Assembly (NCBI GenBank): GCA_963849445.1
Contig: CAWKHS010000002.1
Span: 13,222-77,221, forward strand
DNA length: 64,000 nt
Reading direction: 5' to 3'
DNA from: an uncultured Acidobacteriaceae bacterium
GTDB taxonomy: Bacteria; Acidobacteriota; Terriglobia; Bryobacterales; Bryobacteraceae
The translations under genes were made by a program, and so were the position numbers. The notes below the pieces were generated by a model. It saw only the letters and a list, made by a program, of their open reading frames with translations, did not search any database and had not been told where the DNA came from. Shown piece by piece: positions 48,626-58,934 of the stretch. Each line of letters starts with the position of its first letter. Position 1 is the first letter of the stretch.

Positions 48626-49039
48626 CTAAAACGTCTTCAGAGTCGGGAAGGCGCTCGAAAGCTCATTTGCGATCTTCCGGGCTGTATTGAGTTGGACCAG
48701 CTCTCCTTTGCCAATGCCCGGACAGAAGGTCGCCTCTATAGTCCACGCGGCCCGGTTTTCCACCAAGCTGGGCCAGAACGGGTAAGTGCGGCATTGCGCC
48801 GGTTTCACCGCATGGATTGAGCATCCTTCGGCGTTTAGAAACGGACAATGATCTTGGCCGCGAGGTGCTTTGCGGAGACGAAGGACGTGCCGATACCGAA
48901 TCACGTAACGAGATTCGAATTCGGCGGAGGTCATGCCCAGATATGCGGCGGCGCGTTGCAGGTCGGACTCGGTCATGTAGACCGAGCCGCGACGCGTGCA
49001 GCACTTTGTGCAACCCTTCTGACAAGCAAAACGTTTCAA
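48626..49039 (-). CDS. YkgJ family cysteine-cluster protein (UPF0153)
   Basis: CQKGCTKCC, CPFL..GCSIH, KPAQCRTYPFWP are the family Cys motifs. Confidence 0.7.
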   Translation of the reverse strand: MKRFACQKGCTKCCTRRGSVYMTESDLQRAAAYLGMTSAEFESRYVIRYRHVLRLRKAPRGQDHCPFLNAEGCSIHAVKPAQCRTYPFWPSLVENRAAWTIEATFCPGIGKGELVQLNTARKIANELSSAFPTLKTF

Positions 49040-49106
49040 TTAGCCCTCTGCCTGCGAGCAGGTTGTTTTCAATCTTAAATCATCGCGATACGCCTCGCGT
49101 TAGTGA

Positions 49107-49493
49107 ATGGAGGCTACCGTTGTGCGAGGGAATTCAGATTTGAGGACTTCAGGCGCAGATTTCTGCCGCAGCGGGTCTATCTCTAAACGAACGTTCGCGT
49201 CTTATCCTCAGATGCCCGTGATTCAACACCTAAGCGGGAGCGAGGCGCTACCTGATATACCCGCATCAGCAAAGCCGGAGGTCTACGTTCTGTCCCGAAG
49301 CATCCCCGCCATTCCTCTTCTGCCCGATACGTCTGGCCATATTGCACTTGGGGCGATCTCTAAACTTCCAGCCGGCGTGGAGGTCCAACTGTGCGGGGAA
49401 GGCTTCAATCCGTCGACCGTGAAGGTACATTGGGAAGGCGGAGCGTGCTTTGTGTTTCTGCAGGATCTACGTGGGTTGGGTCGCCGGCGCTAG
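49107..49493 (+). CDS. Hypothetical protein
   Basis: A 128 aa ORF with no recognisable family. The start is uncertain. Confidence 0.3.
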   Translation: MEATVVRGNSDLRTSGADFCRSGSISKRTFASYPQMPVIQHLSGSEALPDIPASAKPEVYVLSRSIPAIPLLPDTSGHIALGAISKLPAGVEVQLCGEGFNPSTVKVHWEGGACFVFLQDLRGLGRRR

Positions 49494-49527
49494 CCCACCC
49501 TGTTCGCGTCTTATTCCTTGCCGACCG

Positions 49528-50811
49528 TCATTCATGTAAAGATCTGAGCGCCAGACCGCGCGCTACTGAGGTGAACTCGTCGCCGGTGCGGATTTTATGA
49601 GGCCCAAAGCGAGATTCAAAGATGCGGCGGACGGCGGGCACGAAAGACGAACCACCGGTGAGGAACACCATATCTATGTCGGCCGCCTGCACGCCCGTCT
49701 TTGAAACCAATGCGTGAACACGCTGTTCAATACCGGCCAGTTCGTCTGCTATCCACTCTTCGAATTCAGACCGGCTCACCTCGGCGTCTAGTTCCACCTC
49801 GCCGTCGACAAACCGGAAGGCCGTCCTTTCCGCGTGCGAGAGGGTGACCTTGGTCCTCTGCACTGCGCGGTGGAGTTGATAACCAAGATCGTGCTGTACC
49901 AGATAGAGGAGAGCTTTCAGCTTCTCCGGTTCCAGAGCTTGTACGGCGACGTTCTGCAGCATGGCAAGTGTCTCGCGCGATTTCAAGAAGGAAAGATGAT
50001 GCCAGCGCTCCAGTTTGAAATACACCCAATTCGGTACTGGCAGCAGCTTTCCATGGGAATCAAGAGAAGAGCCCGCGCCGAGAGCGGGAGAGACCAGATG
50101 CCGAATAATTTTCGCGTCGAAAGCATCGCCCGCTAGAGGCAGCCCTTCATTTCCGAGTACGCGTCGCGCCCCAGCGTGATCCACCCGGCTGGATGGGCCG
50201 ACGCGCAGTAGTGAAAAATCGCTAGTGCCGCCGCCAAAATCGCCGATCAGAATCAGCTCGTCATGATCGAGAGTGGACTCGTAGTAGTAAGCAGCGGCAA
50301 CCGGCTCGTACTCAAAGATCACTTTCTCAAAGCCCGCTTTGTGGAGGGCGGTCTGTAAGCGTTCCAGCGCGTACTCATCGTCTTCCTGCGATTCCGAGCC
50401 GACGAAACGCACAGGACGGCCAACCACCACGTCGCGAACCGGCCGACCGAATTGCGCCTCCGCTTTCGCGCGAATGTCGCGTAAGAGATTGGCAACGAGT
50501 TCTTCCAGCCGGAAGCGCCGTCCAAAGATCTCCGTTGTCAGCAGGCTGCGGCTCGACAGAAACGATTTCAAAGATTGGATCAGGCGGCCTTTGTCGTCCG
50601 CATTGAGATAGCGGTCAATACCCTCAGGACCGCTCCAGGATTTGATGGTGCTTCGGCCGGCTTCGCGCAACCGTTCCAGGTAAAGAAGTGAACGAAACGA
50701 TTCACTCAGACCGCCCGGCGAGGCAAAACGCGCTAGCTCGACGCCGGTCCCGTTCGCGGAAGCGACCGCGAGCGAGCTGTTCGTCGTCCCGAAGTCTAAT
50801 CCGAAACCCAT
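49528..50811 (-). CDS. Hsp70 family protein (YegD-like)
   Basis: MGFGLDFGTTNSS and DFGGGTSDFS are present. The protein lacks the substrate-binding lid of DnaK. Confidence 0.8.
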   Translation of the reverse strand: MGFGLDFGTTNSSLAVASANGTGVELARFASPGGLSESFRSLLYLERLREAGRSTIKSWSGPEGIDRYLNADDKGRLIQSLKSFLSSRSLLTTEIFGRRFRLEELVANLLRDIRAKAEAQFGRPVRDVVVGRPVRFVGSESQEDDEYALERLQTALHKAGFEKVIFEYEPVAAAYYYESTLDHDELILIGDFGGGTSDFSLLRVGPSSRVDHAGARRVLGNEGLPLAGDAFDAKIIRHLVSPALGAGSSLDSHGKLLPVPNWVYFKLERWHHLSFLKSRETLAMLQNVAVQALEPEKLKALLYLVQHDLGYQLHRAVQRTKVTLSHAERTAFRFVDGEVELDAEVSRSEFEEWIADELAGIEQRVHALVSKTGVQAADIDMVFLTGGSSFVPAVRRIFESRFGPHKIRTGDEFTSVARGLALRSLHE

Positions 50812-50912
50812 TTGGGGGCGATAGTCATGCTGCGCAAACAATTGTCGCGCAAACGATCTCTTGACCCTGCGGCTGTGATACTTTTATCAGCGGCAAGCAA
50901 TCCACACAACGA

Positions 50913-51974
50913 ATGGCCGGAATCACAAAAAAGCACTGGAGCACGCTCACCACAGGTGAGGAGATCGATTTATATAAGCTGCGAAACTCTCCGGGGACCG
51001 AAGCTACCGTTACGAATTACGGGGGACGGCTGGTGACGCTCTGCACGCCGGACCGCAACGGTAAGTTCGACGATATCGTGCTGGGTTTCGATAGTCTCGA
51101 CGGCTATCTGCAAAAGAATCCTTATTTCGGCGCGCTGGTAGGGCGCTATGCGAACCGAATCGCCAACGCTGAATTTTCACTCCACGGAAAGACCTATAAG
51201 CTGGCGCAAAATGATGGCCCGAATTCGCTGCATGGCGGAACGAAAGGCTTCGACAAGGTGGTCTGGACGGCGAGGGAGTCCTCAGGAAAGGACAATTCCG
51301 CTTTGCAGTTGACTTATTTGAGCAAGGACGGTGAAGACGGTTATCCAGGCAATTTGACGACGACAGTCACTTACACCTTGACCGATGCCGACGAACTTAA
51401 GATTGACTACGAAGCAACGACTGATAAAGATACGGTGATTAATCTCACGAATCACTCGTATTTCGATTTGAGCGGACAAGGCTCAGGGAAGATCTTGGAT
51501 CATGAAGTCACGATCAACGCCGGCAAGTTCACTCCTGTGAATTCGAACCTGATTCCGACAGGCGAATTGAAGGACGTGAAGGGTACTCCGTTCGACTTTA
51601 CGAAGCCAACGCGGATTGGCGCCCGCATCGATGAAAAAGACCCGCAACTGCAATACGGCGTCGGCTACGATCACAATTTCGTGCTGAACCGAAACGGCAA
51701 CGGCCTAGCGCTCGCGGCGCGAGTAAAGGATCCCAAATCAGGCCGCGTGCTGGAGGTCTCGACTACCCAGCCAGGCGTGCAGTTTTACACGGGTAATCAT
51801 CTCGACGGACAGGTGCGCGGTAAGGGCGGCGTTCTGTACGGTTTTCGCTTTGGATTTTGCCTGGAGACGCAGCACTTCCCGGACTCGCCGAACCAGCCCA
51901 ACTTTCCTTCGGCGGTACTTAAGGCGGGACAGAAATACCAGGGGACTACTGTGTTCAAGTTTTCTGTTGAATGA
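50913..51974 (+). CDS. galM: Aldose 1-epimerase (galactose mutarotase)
   Basis: GRYANRI, NSLHGG, TNHSYFNL-like TNHSYFDL and FCLETQHFPDSPN are present. Confidence 0.9.
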   Translation: MAGITKKHWSTLTTGEEIDLYKLRNSPGTEATVTNYGGRLVTLCTPDRNGKFDDIVLGFDSLDGYLQKNPYFGALVGRYANRIANAEFSLHGKTYKLAQNDGPNSLHGGTKGFDKVVWTARESSGKDNSALQLTYLSKDGEDGYPGNLTTTVTYTLTDADELKIDYEATTDKDTVINLTNHSYFDLSGQGSGKILDHEVTINAGKFTPVNSNLIPTGELKDVKGTPFDFTKPTRIGARIDEKDPQLQYGVGYDHNFVLNRNGNGLALAARVKDPKSGRVLEVSTTQPGVQFYTGNHLDGQVRGKGGVLYGFRFGFCLETQHFPDSPNQPNFPSAVLKAGQKYQGTTVFKFSVE

Positions 51975-52026
51975 CGCAGGGGCTGCGGGCCTGAAACGTC
52001 CTACCTGGTGACTCCTTCTACTCAAT

Positions 52027-52173
52027 ATGAGCGAAGAAAAAAGCAAGACACAGCCCGACAAGAACCTGGCGGCTGAAGAGCGGCCGGTTCCTTCCCAGGC
52101 TGAAGGTGACTTGGAGACCGTCAAAGAAGATCTGGAAGATAAGGACAAGGAAGAAGAACGGCGCAAGAAATAG
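52027..52173 (+). CDS. Possible small, highly charged protein (48 aa)
   Basis: The ATG ORF reads MSEEKSKTQPDKNLAAEERPVPSQAEGDLETVKEDLEDKDKEEERRKK. It fills an otherwise empty gap, has no clear RBS, and is below the ORF-track length cutoff. Confidence 0.25.
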   Translation: MSEEKSKTQPDKNLAAEERPVPSQAEGDLETVKEDLEDKDKEEERRKK

Positions 52174-52175
52174 CG

Positions 52176-52818
52176 TTACGCGCTGGCCACGGGGGCGGCT
52201 CGCTCATTTATACGGGCAATGCTGTTCAAGATCGTCTCGATCACCGCCTCATCGCCAACTTTTGAGTTCAGCATCAGGTGATATAGATCTCGCTGTGGAA
52301 AAGTTTTTCCATGGAACTTTTTCACGAAGGCTCCGCGTTCGGCATCCACCGTGCGAATCAGCGCTTCGGCTTCACCGCGGCTCTTTCCCAGCGCGGTCAA
52401 CCGCCGAATTTTTTCATCCGGCGGCGCATAGATGAACGCGTGGAACGTATCGGGGCGCTCCCGCAGATACCAGGGACAACCGCGCCCCACAACGACACAA
52501 TTACCCTGAGAGGCCGCGTCCGTCACAACGGCTTCAAAGAGACGCGCCAGATGCTCTGCGTCCAATAAGTCCGCGTTGTGGCCCTCGAAACTCTCTTCGT
52601 AGCTGCCGCGCATGAACGCCTTGATGAGCCGGTAAAACGTCGGGTCCAGCCGCTCCTCGCGCTCTTCCACCAAACTGACCTTGCACTTAAGGCGGCGTGC
52701 TATCTCCTTGGTGATCTCGGCATCCCACAATTTCCATCCCGAGGCGTCCGGCGAGTTTCGCCGCGATCGTGCCGGCCCCTGACCCGTACTCGCGTTCGAT
52801 GCTGATGACTTTGATCAC
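52176..52818 (-). pseudogene. Cytidylate kinase-like family protein with one frameshift
   Basis: The N-terminus VIKVISIEREYGSGAGTIAAKLAGRLG (P-loop-like) is in one frame. (K)LWDAEITKEIARR and the following 180 aa are in another. The junction is near 52737. Confidence 0.65.
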
Positions 52819-52883
52819 ACCGGCCCCCACGGACAGCTATTTTATTCCAAATCGAAACTGGCTGGATGGATCAGAACGCGGCG

Positions 52884-53285
52884 TTACGAACGGCAGCACG
52901 GGCCGATGCCAGCGGGCCACGGTTCTTTCACTCCGGTCAGCGCAAGCGCGGCGCCGAGGAGCGCCATGTTCTTTGAGAAGTGGATCATATTGTTCTGCTT
53001 TTCCCCGGGATCTTCAGCATTCCAGAAATCGTGCATGGTTGGGCTAACGGTCGCGAGGAACGCCATAATCGCGAGGGTTCCCAGCTTCGGCTGCAGACCC
53101 AAAATAATACTGGCGCCGCCCAGGACCAGAAAAGCGGCAGAAACGGGAATCGCAACCTCCGGACTCGGCACGCCTTTGGCGCCGGCGTACTGCTGCATTG
53201 CTTCCCGCTCCTTGATGTGATTAATGCCGTTGTACAGAAAGAATCCGCCGAAGATGATCCGGCCCATCAAAAAGATGCCTTTCAC
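52884..53285 (-). CDS. DoxX family membrane protein
   Basis: 133 aa with 4 TM helices. GRIIFGGFFLYNGINH and FSKNMALLGAAL are typical of DoxX. Confidence 0.75.
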   Translation of the reverse strand: MKGIFLMGRIIFGGFFLYNGINHIKEREAMQQYAGAKGVPSPEVAIPVSAAFLVLGGASIILGLQPKLGTLAIMAFLATVSPTMHDFWNAEDPGEKQNNMIHFSKNMALLGAALALTGVKEPWPAGIGPCCRS

Positions 53286-53508
53286 GCTCTATCTCCTTCC
53301 GCGCAGTGATGTTGCCGACCATTGGATTCCGCGCGTAGAGAAGCGTTACGAACAGGATCTGTGGGCGCTTCTGAGGAACACACATAGCAATGTTCCATAA
53401 TCATAGTTTGGTTCGCAAAAGATCGCGTCCATGCACAGCATTCTGTCAATGAATGCGATGGCGGAAGACCGCCCGACGCTTCGCGGACGCCACCCTTAGG
53501 AGAGAAGT

Positions 53509-56500
53509 ATGTGGATCGTTCGCCTTGCACTGCGGCGACCGTACACGTTTGTTGTTCTGTCGTTGATGTTGTTTATCCTCGCGCCGGTGGTGATTTCCCG
53601 GACGCCGACGGATATCTTCCCCAACATTGACATCCCGGTGGTGAGTGTCGTCTGGCAATACGCAGGGTTGTCGGCGCAGGATATGTCGACCCGTATCATC
53701 TATATCACTGAGCGGGCCCTCACTACGACCGTGAATAACATCGAGCACGTTGAATCGCAATCGATGTTTGGAATTGGGGTCGTAAAGATCTTTTTCCAAC
53801 CGCATGCAAATATCGCCACGGCTATTGCACAAGTCACCGCTATTTCCCAGACCCAGCTCAAGCAGTTACCGCCTGGGACCACGCCTCCATTGATCATCAC
53901 GTACAGCGCCTCTACTGTACCGATTATTCAGCTTGCGCTTTCGGGCAAAGGTCTAAGCGAACAGCAGCTTTACGATCTTGGCTCCAATTTCATTCGCACT
54001 CAATTGGTGACGATCCCGGGTACGGCGATTCCCAATTCCTATGGCGGAAAACAGCGCCAGGTGCAAGTGGATCTGAATACGCAAGCGCTGCAATCGAAAC
54101 GCCTGAGTGCTTCGGATGTGGTAAATGCGCTGGGAGATCAGAATCTAATTCTGCCGGGAGGAACTTCGAAAATCGGCACGCTCGAATACAGCGTTGAGAT
54201 TCAGGGCAGCCCTCAAAGGGTGGCCGATCTGAACAATCTTCCCATCAAAACCCAGAATGGCGCGACCATTTACATTCGCGATGTAGCGCATGTGCGCGAT
54301 GGATATCCGCCGCAGACTAATGTCGTTCGATCAGACGGGCAGCGCGGTTCGCTCATAACAATTCTGAAGTCCGGCGATGTTTCCACACTGGACATCATCT
54401 CGGGTATTCGCAGGATGTTGCCGGTCATGGCAGCCACCCTGCCGCCGCAGCTTAGAATCACACCCATTGCGGACCAATCCGTCTTCGTGCGCGCTTCCAT
54501 TAGCGCGGTGGTGCGTGAGGGTCTCATCGCCGCGTGCCTCACCGCGGTCATGATTTTGGTGTTCCTGGGAAGCTGGCGGAGCACGCTGATTATTGCGATC
54601 TCTATCCCGCTCTCGATCCTGTGCTCGCTTTTCGCATTAAGCGCACTCGGCGAAACGATCAACATCATGACACTGGGAGGGTTCGCGCTTGCGGTCGGCA
54701 TCCTCGTTGACGACGCCACCGTCGAAATTGAGAATATCAACCGAAACTTCGAAATGGGTAAGGAGATTGAGCAGGCGATTCTAGACGGCGCCGCTCAAAT
54801 TGCGGTACCCGCCCTTGTTTCTACCCTCAGCATCTGCATCGTATTCGTGCCGATGTTCTTCCTGACGGGCGTGGCGAGATATCTGTTCGTGCCGCTGGCC
54901 GAAGCCGTTTCGTTTGCGATGATCGCGTCCTACATCCTCTCGCGAACCATTGTTCCTACTCTCGCGAAGTATCTGTTGCGCGGACATTCGCACCACGATG
55001 CCGTGGCGCATGCCGACCCGAGAAACCCGTTTCTCCGGCTGCAACTCGCGTTCGAACGCCAGTTTGAGAGGCTTCGCTCGGGCTATCGCACCGTGCTTGA
55101 ACGCTGTATCCAGCACCGCGGTCCGTTCACGGTGATGTTTTTCCTGCTGTGCATCGGCTCCGGCGCGCTCATTCCCTGGCTGGGGCAGGACTTTTTCCCG
55201 GCATCGGACAGCGGGCAGATCCGGCTGCACATTCGCGCGCGCACGGGTACCCGCATCGAGGAGACCGCAAAGCTCTGCGACCAGATCGAGAACAACATCC
55301 GGGACGCGATTCCAGCGCATCAGTTGGTCAACATTCTGGACAACATTGGCCTGCCCTACAGCGGGATCAACACGTCCTACAGCAATAACGGAACGATCGG
55401 ACCAGCCGACGCCGACATCCTGATCTCTTTAGCGCAGGACCATAGGCCGAGTTCGGAGTATATATCCGCACTGCGCGCCCGACTGCCGCGCGATTTCCCG
55501 AGCGTAACGTTTTACTTTCTGCCGGCTGATCTGGTTAGTCAAATTTTGAACTTCGGCCTGCCGGCGCCTATCGACATTCAAGTGATGGGCAGCAATGTGG
55601 AAGCGAATCGTCAGTTCGCCGACCGGCTGATGGAGCGGGTAAAATTCATCCCCGGGGTAACCGATCTGCGCATTCAACAGCCTTTCAATCAACCGGAACT
55701 GTTGGTAGATGTTGACCGGACCAAAGCGCAGCAGGTGGGATATAGCGCTCGCGAGGTGGCCAGCGATGTCCTCGTATCGCTGAGCGGAAGCTTCCAAACG
55801 TCGCCGACTTTCTGGCTGAATCCCCGGAACGGCGTCACCTACAACATTGCCGTCCAATCTCCGCAGTACGAAATGGATTCTTTGCAGGACCTTCGAAACA
55901 TACCAATGACCGCAACGTCTGGCCAGCCGCAAATTCTTGAGAGTCTGGCCCGGATTCGGCGCGGCACGGGGCTCGCCACGGTTTCGCACTACAACATCGC
56001 GCCCGTCATCGACATTTATGGCTCGGTGCAAGGCACAGATCTGGGGGGCGTTTCGCAGCGCATCGATGAGATCGTCGGGAAAAGTCAAAAGGAGTTGGTG
56101 CGTGGCTCGCGCGTAATTGTGAGAGGTCAGATTCAGACGATGCGCTCTTCGTTCAGGGGCCTCATCGGCGGCCTGGCGTTCTCCATTGTGCTCGTCTACA
56201 TGTTGATCGTCATCAATTTTCAATCTTGGCTGGATCCGTTCGTGATTGTCTCTGCGCTTCCCGCGGCGCTGGCGGGCATCGTGTGGTTCCTGTTCGTGAC
56301 GCACACAACCGTCAGCGTTCCGGCGCTTACCGGGTCCATCATGTGCATGGGCGTGGCGACCGCCAACAGCATTTTGGTCGTGAGCTTCGCGAAGGAGCAG
56401 TTGCCTGACGTGTCCAGCGCGGCCGAAGCTGCCATCCTGGCCGGTTTCACGCGTTTCCGACCGGTCTTGATGACTGCGCTCGCCATGATAATCGGAATGC

Positions 56501-56652
56501 TTCCGATGGCCCTCGGAATAGGAGAAGGCAGTGAACAAAATGCTCCGCTGGGACGAGCCGTTATCGGCGGCCTGCTCTTTGCTACGGTAGCGACCCTGTT
56601 CTTCGTTCCGGTGTTCTTCAGTCTCCTGCACGGCCGCCGGAAGAGCGATTAA
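53509..56652 (+). CDS. Efflux RND transporter permease (AcrB/HAE1-like)
   Basis: 1047 aa with a 12-TM AcrB architecture and an intact frame. The start is preceded by aggagag. Confidence 0.9.
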   Translation: MWIVRLALRRPYTFVVLSLMLFILAPVVISRTPTDIFPNIDIPVVSVVWQYAGLSAQDMSTRIIYITERALTTTVNNIEHVESQSMFGIGVVKIFFQPHANIATAIAQVTAISQTQLKQLPPGTTPPLIITYSASTVPIIQLALSGKGLSEQQLYDLGSNFIRTQLVTIPGTAIPNSYGGKQRQVQVDLNTQALQSKRLSASDVVNALGDQNLILPGGTSKIGTLEYSVEIQGSPQRVADLNNLPIKTQNGATIYIRDVAHVRDGYPPQTNVVRSDGQRGSLITILKSGDVSTLDIISGIRRMLPVMAATLPPQLRITPIADQSVFVRASISAVVREGLIAACLTAVMILVFLGSWRSTLIIAISIPLSILCSLFALSALGETINIMTLGGFALAVGILVDDATVEIENINRNFEMGKEIEQAILDGAAQIAVPALVSTLSICIVFVPMFFLTGVARYLFVPLAEAVSFAMIASYILSRTIVPTLAKYLLRGHSHHDAVAHADPRNPFLRLQLAFERQFERLRSGYRTVLERCIQHRGPFTVMFFLLCIGSGALIPWLGQDFFPASDSGQIRLHIRARTGTRIEETAKLCDQIENNIRDAIPAHQLVNILDNIGLPYSGINTSYSNNGTIGPADADILISLAQDHRPSSEYISALRARLPRDFPSVTFYFLPADLVSQILNFGLPAPIDIQVMGSNVEANRQFADRLMERVKFIPGVTDLRIQQPFNQPELLVDVDRTKAQQVGYSAREVASDVLVSLSGSFQTSPTFWLNPRNGVTYNIAVQSPQYEMDSLQDLRNIPMTATSGQPQILESLARIRRGTGLATVSHYNIAPVIDIYGSVQGTDLGGVSQRIDEIVGKSQKELVRGSRVIVRGQIQTMRSSFRGLIGGLAFSIVLVYMLIVINFQSWLDPFVIVSALPAALAGIVWFLFVTHTTVSVPALTGSIMCMGVATANSILVVSFAKEQLPDVSSAAEAAILAGFTRFRPVLMTALAMIIGMLPMALGIGEGSEQNAPLGRAVIGGLLFATVATLFFVPVFFSLLHGRRKSD

Positions 56653-56654
56653 GA

Positions 56655-57806
56655 ATGCCTCGCTTACGTACTTTGGTCGGCCTGTTTATCGTTCTGCTGG
56701 TGATTGCGGGCATAGTGGTCTCGGGCATTCTTCCAAGACTGCGGGCGCAAAAAATGCTCCGGCAGCAGACCGATCTCGCGGCCGAGCCAACGGTTAGCGT
56801 AGTGCGCCCACAGCGCGGCGCGCCGTCCGAAGAGGTTGTCCTGCCGGGCAATATCCAGGCTTTTATCGACGCTCCTCTTTACGCGCGTACTAGCGGATAC
56901 CTCAAGCGTTGGTATTTCGATATTGGAGCGCATGTCAAGCAAGGACAACTCCTCGCTGAAATAGAGAGTCCAGAAGTAGATCAGCAGTTGCAGCAAGCGC
57001 GTGCCGATCTGACCACCGCGCAAGCCAATCTGAAGCTCGCGCAGATTACGGCCAGCCGGTACACAACGCTCTTTAAGACAGATTCGGTTGCCAAACAAGA
57101 TGTCGATAACGCCGTACAGGACGCCGCGGCCAAAGCAGCCACGGTGAAATCCGCACAAGCCAATGTGGGCCGTCTGGAGCAGATGGTTGCGTTTGAAAAA
57201 ATTTATGCGCCCTTCGATGGCGTGATCACCGCGCGTGACACGGATATTGGACAGCTTATCGATTCGGGTTCAGCCACGGGAACGGCGCATGAGTTGTTCC
57301 ACATCGCGGCGGTCAATAAGCTGCGCGTGTTTGTAAACGTGCCTCAGACTTATTCGCACGCCACTGTTCCGGGCATAAAGGCCGACCTGACACTTCCCGA
57401 ACTTCCCGGCCGTCGCTTTCCAGGCACCCTCGTCCGAACCGCCGATTCGATGGATCCTGCCACCCGAACGCTGCTGGTTGAAGTGGATGTCGTCAATTCC
57501 ACCGGCCTGTTGTTTCCAAACGCCTACACGGAAGTTCACTTTGCCATGAAATCGAATGTCGCCACGCTGATCGTTCCGTCCACATCATTGATATTCCGAT
57601 CGGACGGCGTTCGAATCCCAACCGTGGTAAACGGCAATCGCGCGGCTCTTCTTCCTGTTACGTTAGGCCGGGACTTTGGCACGACGGTGGAAGTACTGGC
57701 CGGCCTGTCGGACAATGCCCTGCTGATCGCCGATCCACCCGATTCGCTGGTAGACGGTGAGATAGTGCGTGTCGTTCAGCCCCGGCCAGCGAAAACGGAA
57801 GAGTAG
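56655..57806 (+). CDS. Efflux RND transporter periplasmic adaptor subunit
   Basis: 383 aa with an N-terminal anchor, a coiled-coil hairpin (QQLQQARADLTTAQANLKLAQ) and YAPFDGVIT (lipoyl domain). Confidence 0.85.
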   Translation: MPRLRTLVGLFIVLLVIAGIVVSGILPRLRAQKMLRQQTDLAAEPTVSVVRPQRGAPSEEVVLPGNIQAFIDAPLYARTSGYLKRWYFDIGAHVKQGQLLAEIESPEVDQQLQQARADLTTAQANLKLAQITASRYTTLFKTDSVAKQDVDNAVQDAAAKAATVKSAQANVGRLEQMVAFEKIYAPFDGVITARDTDIGQLIDSGSATGTAHELFHIAAVNKLRVFVNVPQTYSHATVPGIKADLTLPELPGRRFPGTLVRTADSMDPATRTLLVEVDVVNSTGLLFPNAYTEVHFAMKSNVATLIVPSTSLIFRSDGVRIPTVVNGNRAALLPVTLGRDFGTTVEVLAGLSDNALLIADPPDSLVDGEIVRVVQPRPAKTEE

Positions 57807-57815
57807 AGCCGGGCC

Positions 57816-58538
57816 CTAGTTCTTGGTCATGCTCAGACCAGTGACCGTGGCGTCCGTGTTATGCGCGAAGCGAATGCCGTATACGCCGTCGGTTGACTTC
57901 AGTTTTCCAGGCGTGACAAGGGCGGCCTTATCGTAGGTTGCAACAACGGTGCCGTTGATGGCGCAATCCACCTTATCGCCTTTTACCGACATCGCAATCT
58001 CCTGCGTCACGGGTTGCCCGGGACCCGCCGCTTTGTGTACGGCGTCGTTCGCCTCGCGCCGGCCATTCATTTGAAACGGCTCGGGACCGAATCCGCGCAC
58101 GATGAACGTTCCGTTGCCGTAGGCCGCGCAGTAAAGATAGCTTGCCTGATCGGTTCCCATGTCATTCCCCGCGATGACGATGCCGTAGGGATGCGGATGA
58201 GTATTCAGGTTCATGTACTTCGGCTCATTAAACGTTGCCTTCACCGTATAATTGCCGCTTGCTTGATCGGCCGGCTTCCAATAAGTCACTGCCGGGCCCG
58301 TCGTGACGTGCAGAACATCCGCATCGCCACCCTGACTCAGCTTCGCGCCATCCAGGGACTGCCCCGCTTTCTTCTCATTCGGGTCGATCATTCCACTCCA
58401 GCCTGGGACAGAGATACCGCCGCCCGCCACCGTCCGCGAGGCTCCTTCCTCCTGGGCAGTCATTGCTGCAGGAACGAGCATGGTGAGAGCAACTGCAAAA
58501 ACGCAACCGGAAATCAGACGCATGATGTTTCCTTTCAT
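57816..58538 (-). CDS. Secreted hypothetical protein (beta-rich, lectin/DUF1080-like fold possible)
   Basis: The signal peptide is MKGNIMRLISGCVFAVALTMLVPAAMTA. No confident family assignment. Confidence 0.45.
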   Translation of the reverse strand: MKGNIMRLISGCVFAVALTMLVPAAMTAQEEGASRTVAGGGISVPGWSGMIDPNEKKAGQSLDGAKLSQGGDADVLHVTTGPAVTYWKPADQASGNYTVKATFNEPKYMNLNTHPHPYGIVIAGNDMGTDQASYLYCAAYGNGTFIVRGFGPEPFQMNGRREANDAVHKAAGPGQPVTQEIAMSVKGDKVDCAINGTVVATYDKAALVTPGKLKSTDGVYGIRFAHNTDATVTGLSMTKN

Positions 58539-58934
58539 CGAAACCGTCGACACTCGACAATTATAGGTCGCTCCGGGCCGCACCAACGCCACTCTTCTGG
58601 ATTCCTCGAACGGAGCAGAGATACAGGAACAAAGATGCGACCGCAAGTAAACTTAGAGGCCCCTTGACCTACAACCGATCACATCTATTCCTTAGGGCGC
58701 TTGCACTGAGCTCGTTTACGGCATACTTCCGCTTTGCGCGGTATCCGACAACAATCCGGAAACATCATCACGGAATCGCTAAAATCCTGCTCAAGTACGT
58801 TGTACCCGCTCGACAACTTGATGAATTCAGCATTGTTGACGAACTCAGATTATGTTCGGGGTCGATGCCCGCGAAAAAATGGGTAACCGAGGCCGCGCCT
58901 CAACGGTTTCCACAACCTTCCCGAAAAGCGACCG

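Noticed and set aside
55429-56631. A 400-aa minus-strand ORF inside the RND permease gene. Similar antisense ORFs occur at 4336-5211, 42227-43105 and 60219-60863.
   Set aside because: All are antisense or out of frame relative to strong family-matched CDSs, and all have skewed Arg/His/Gly composition. I judged them non-coding.
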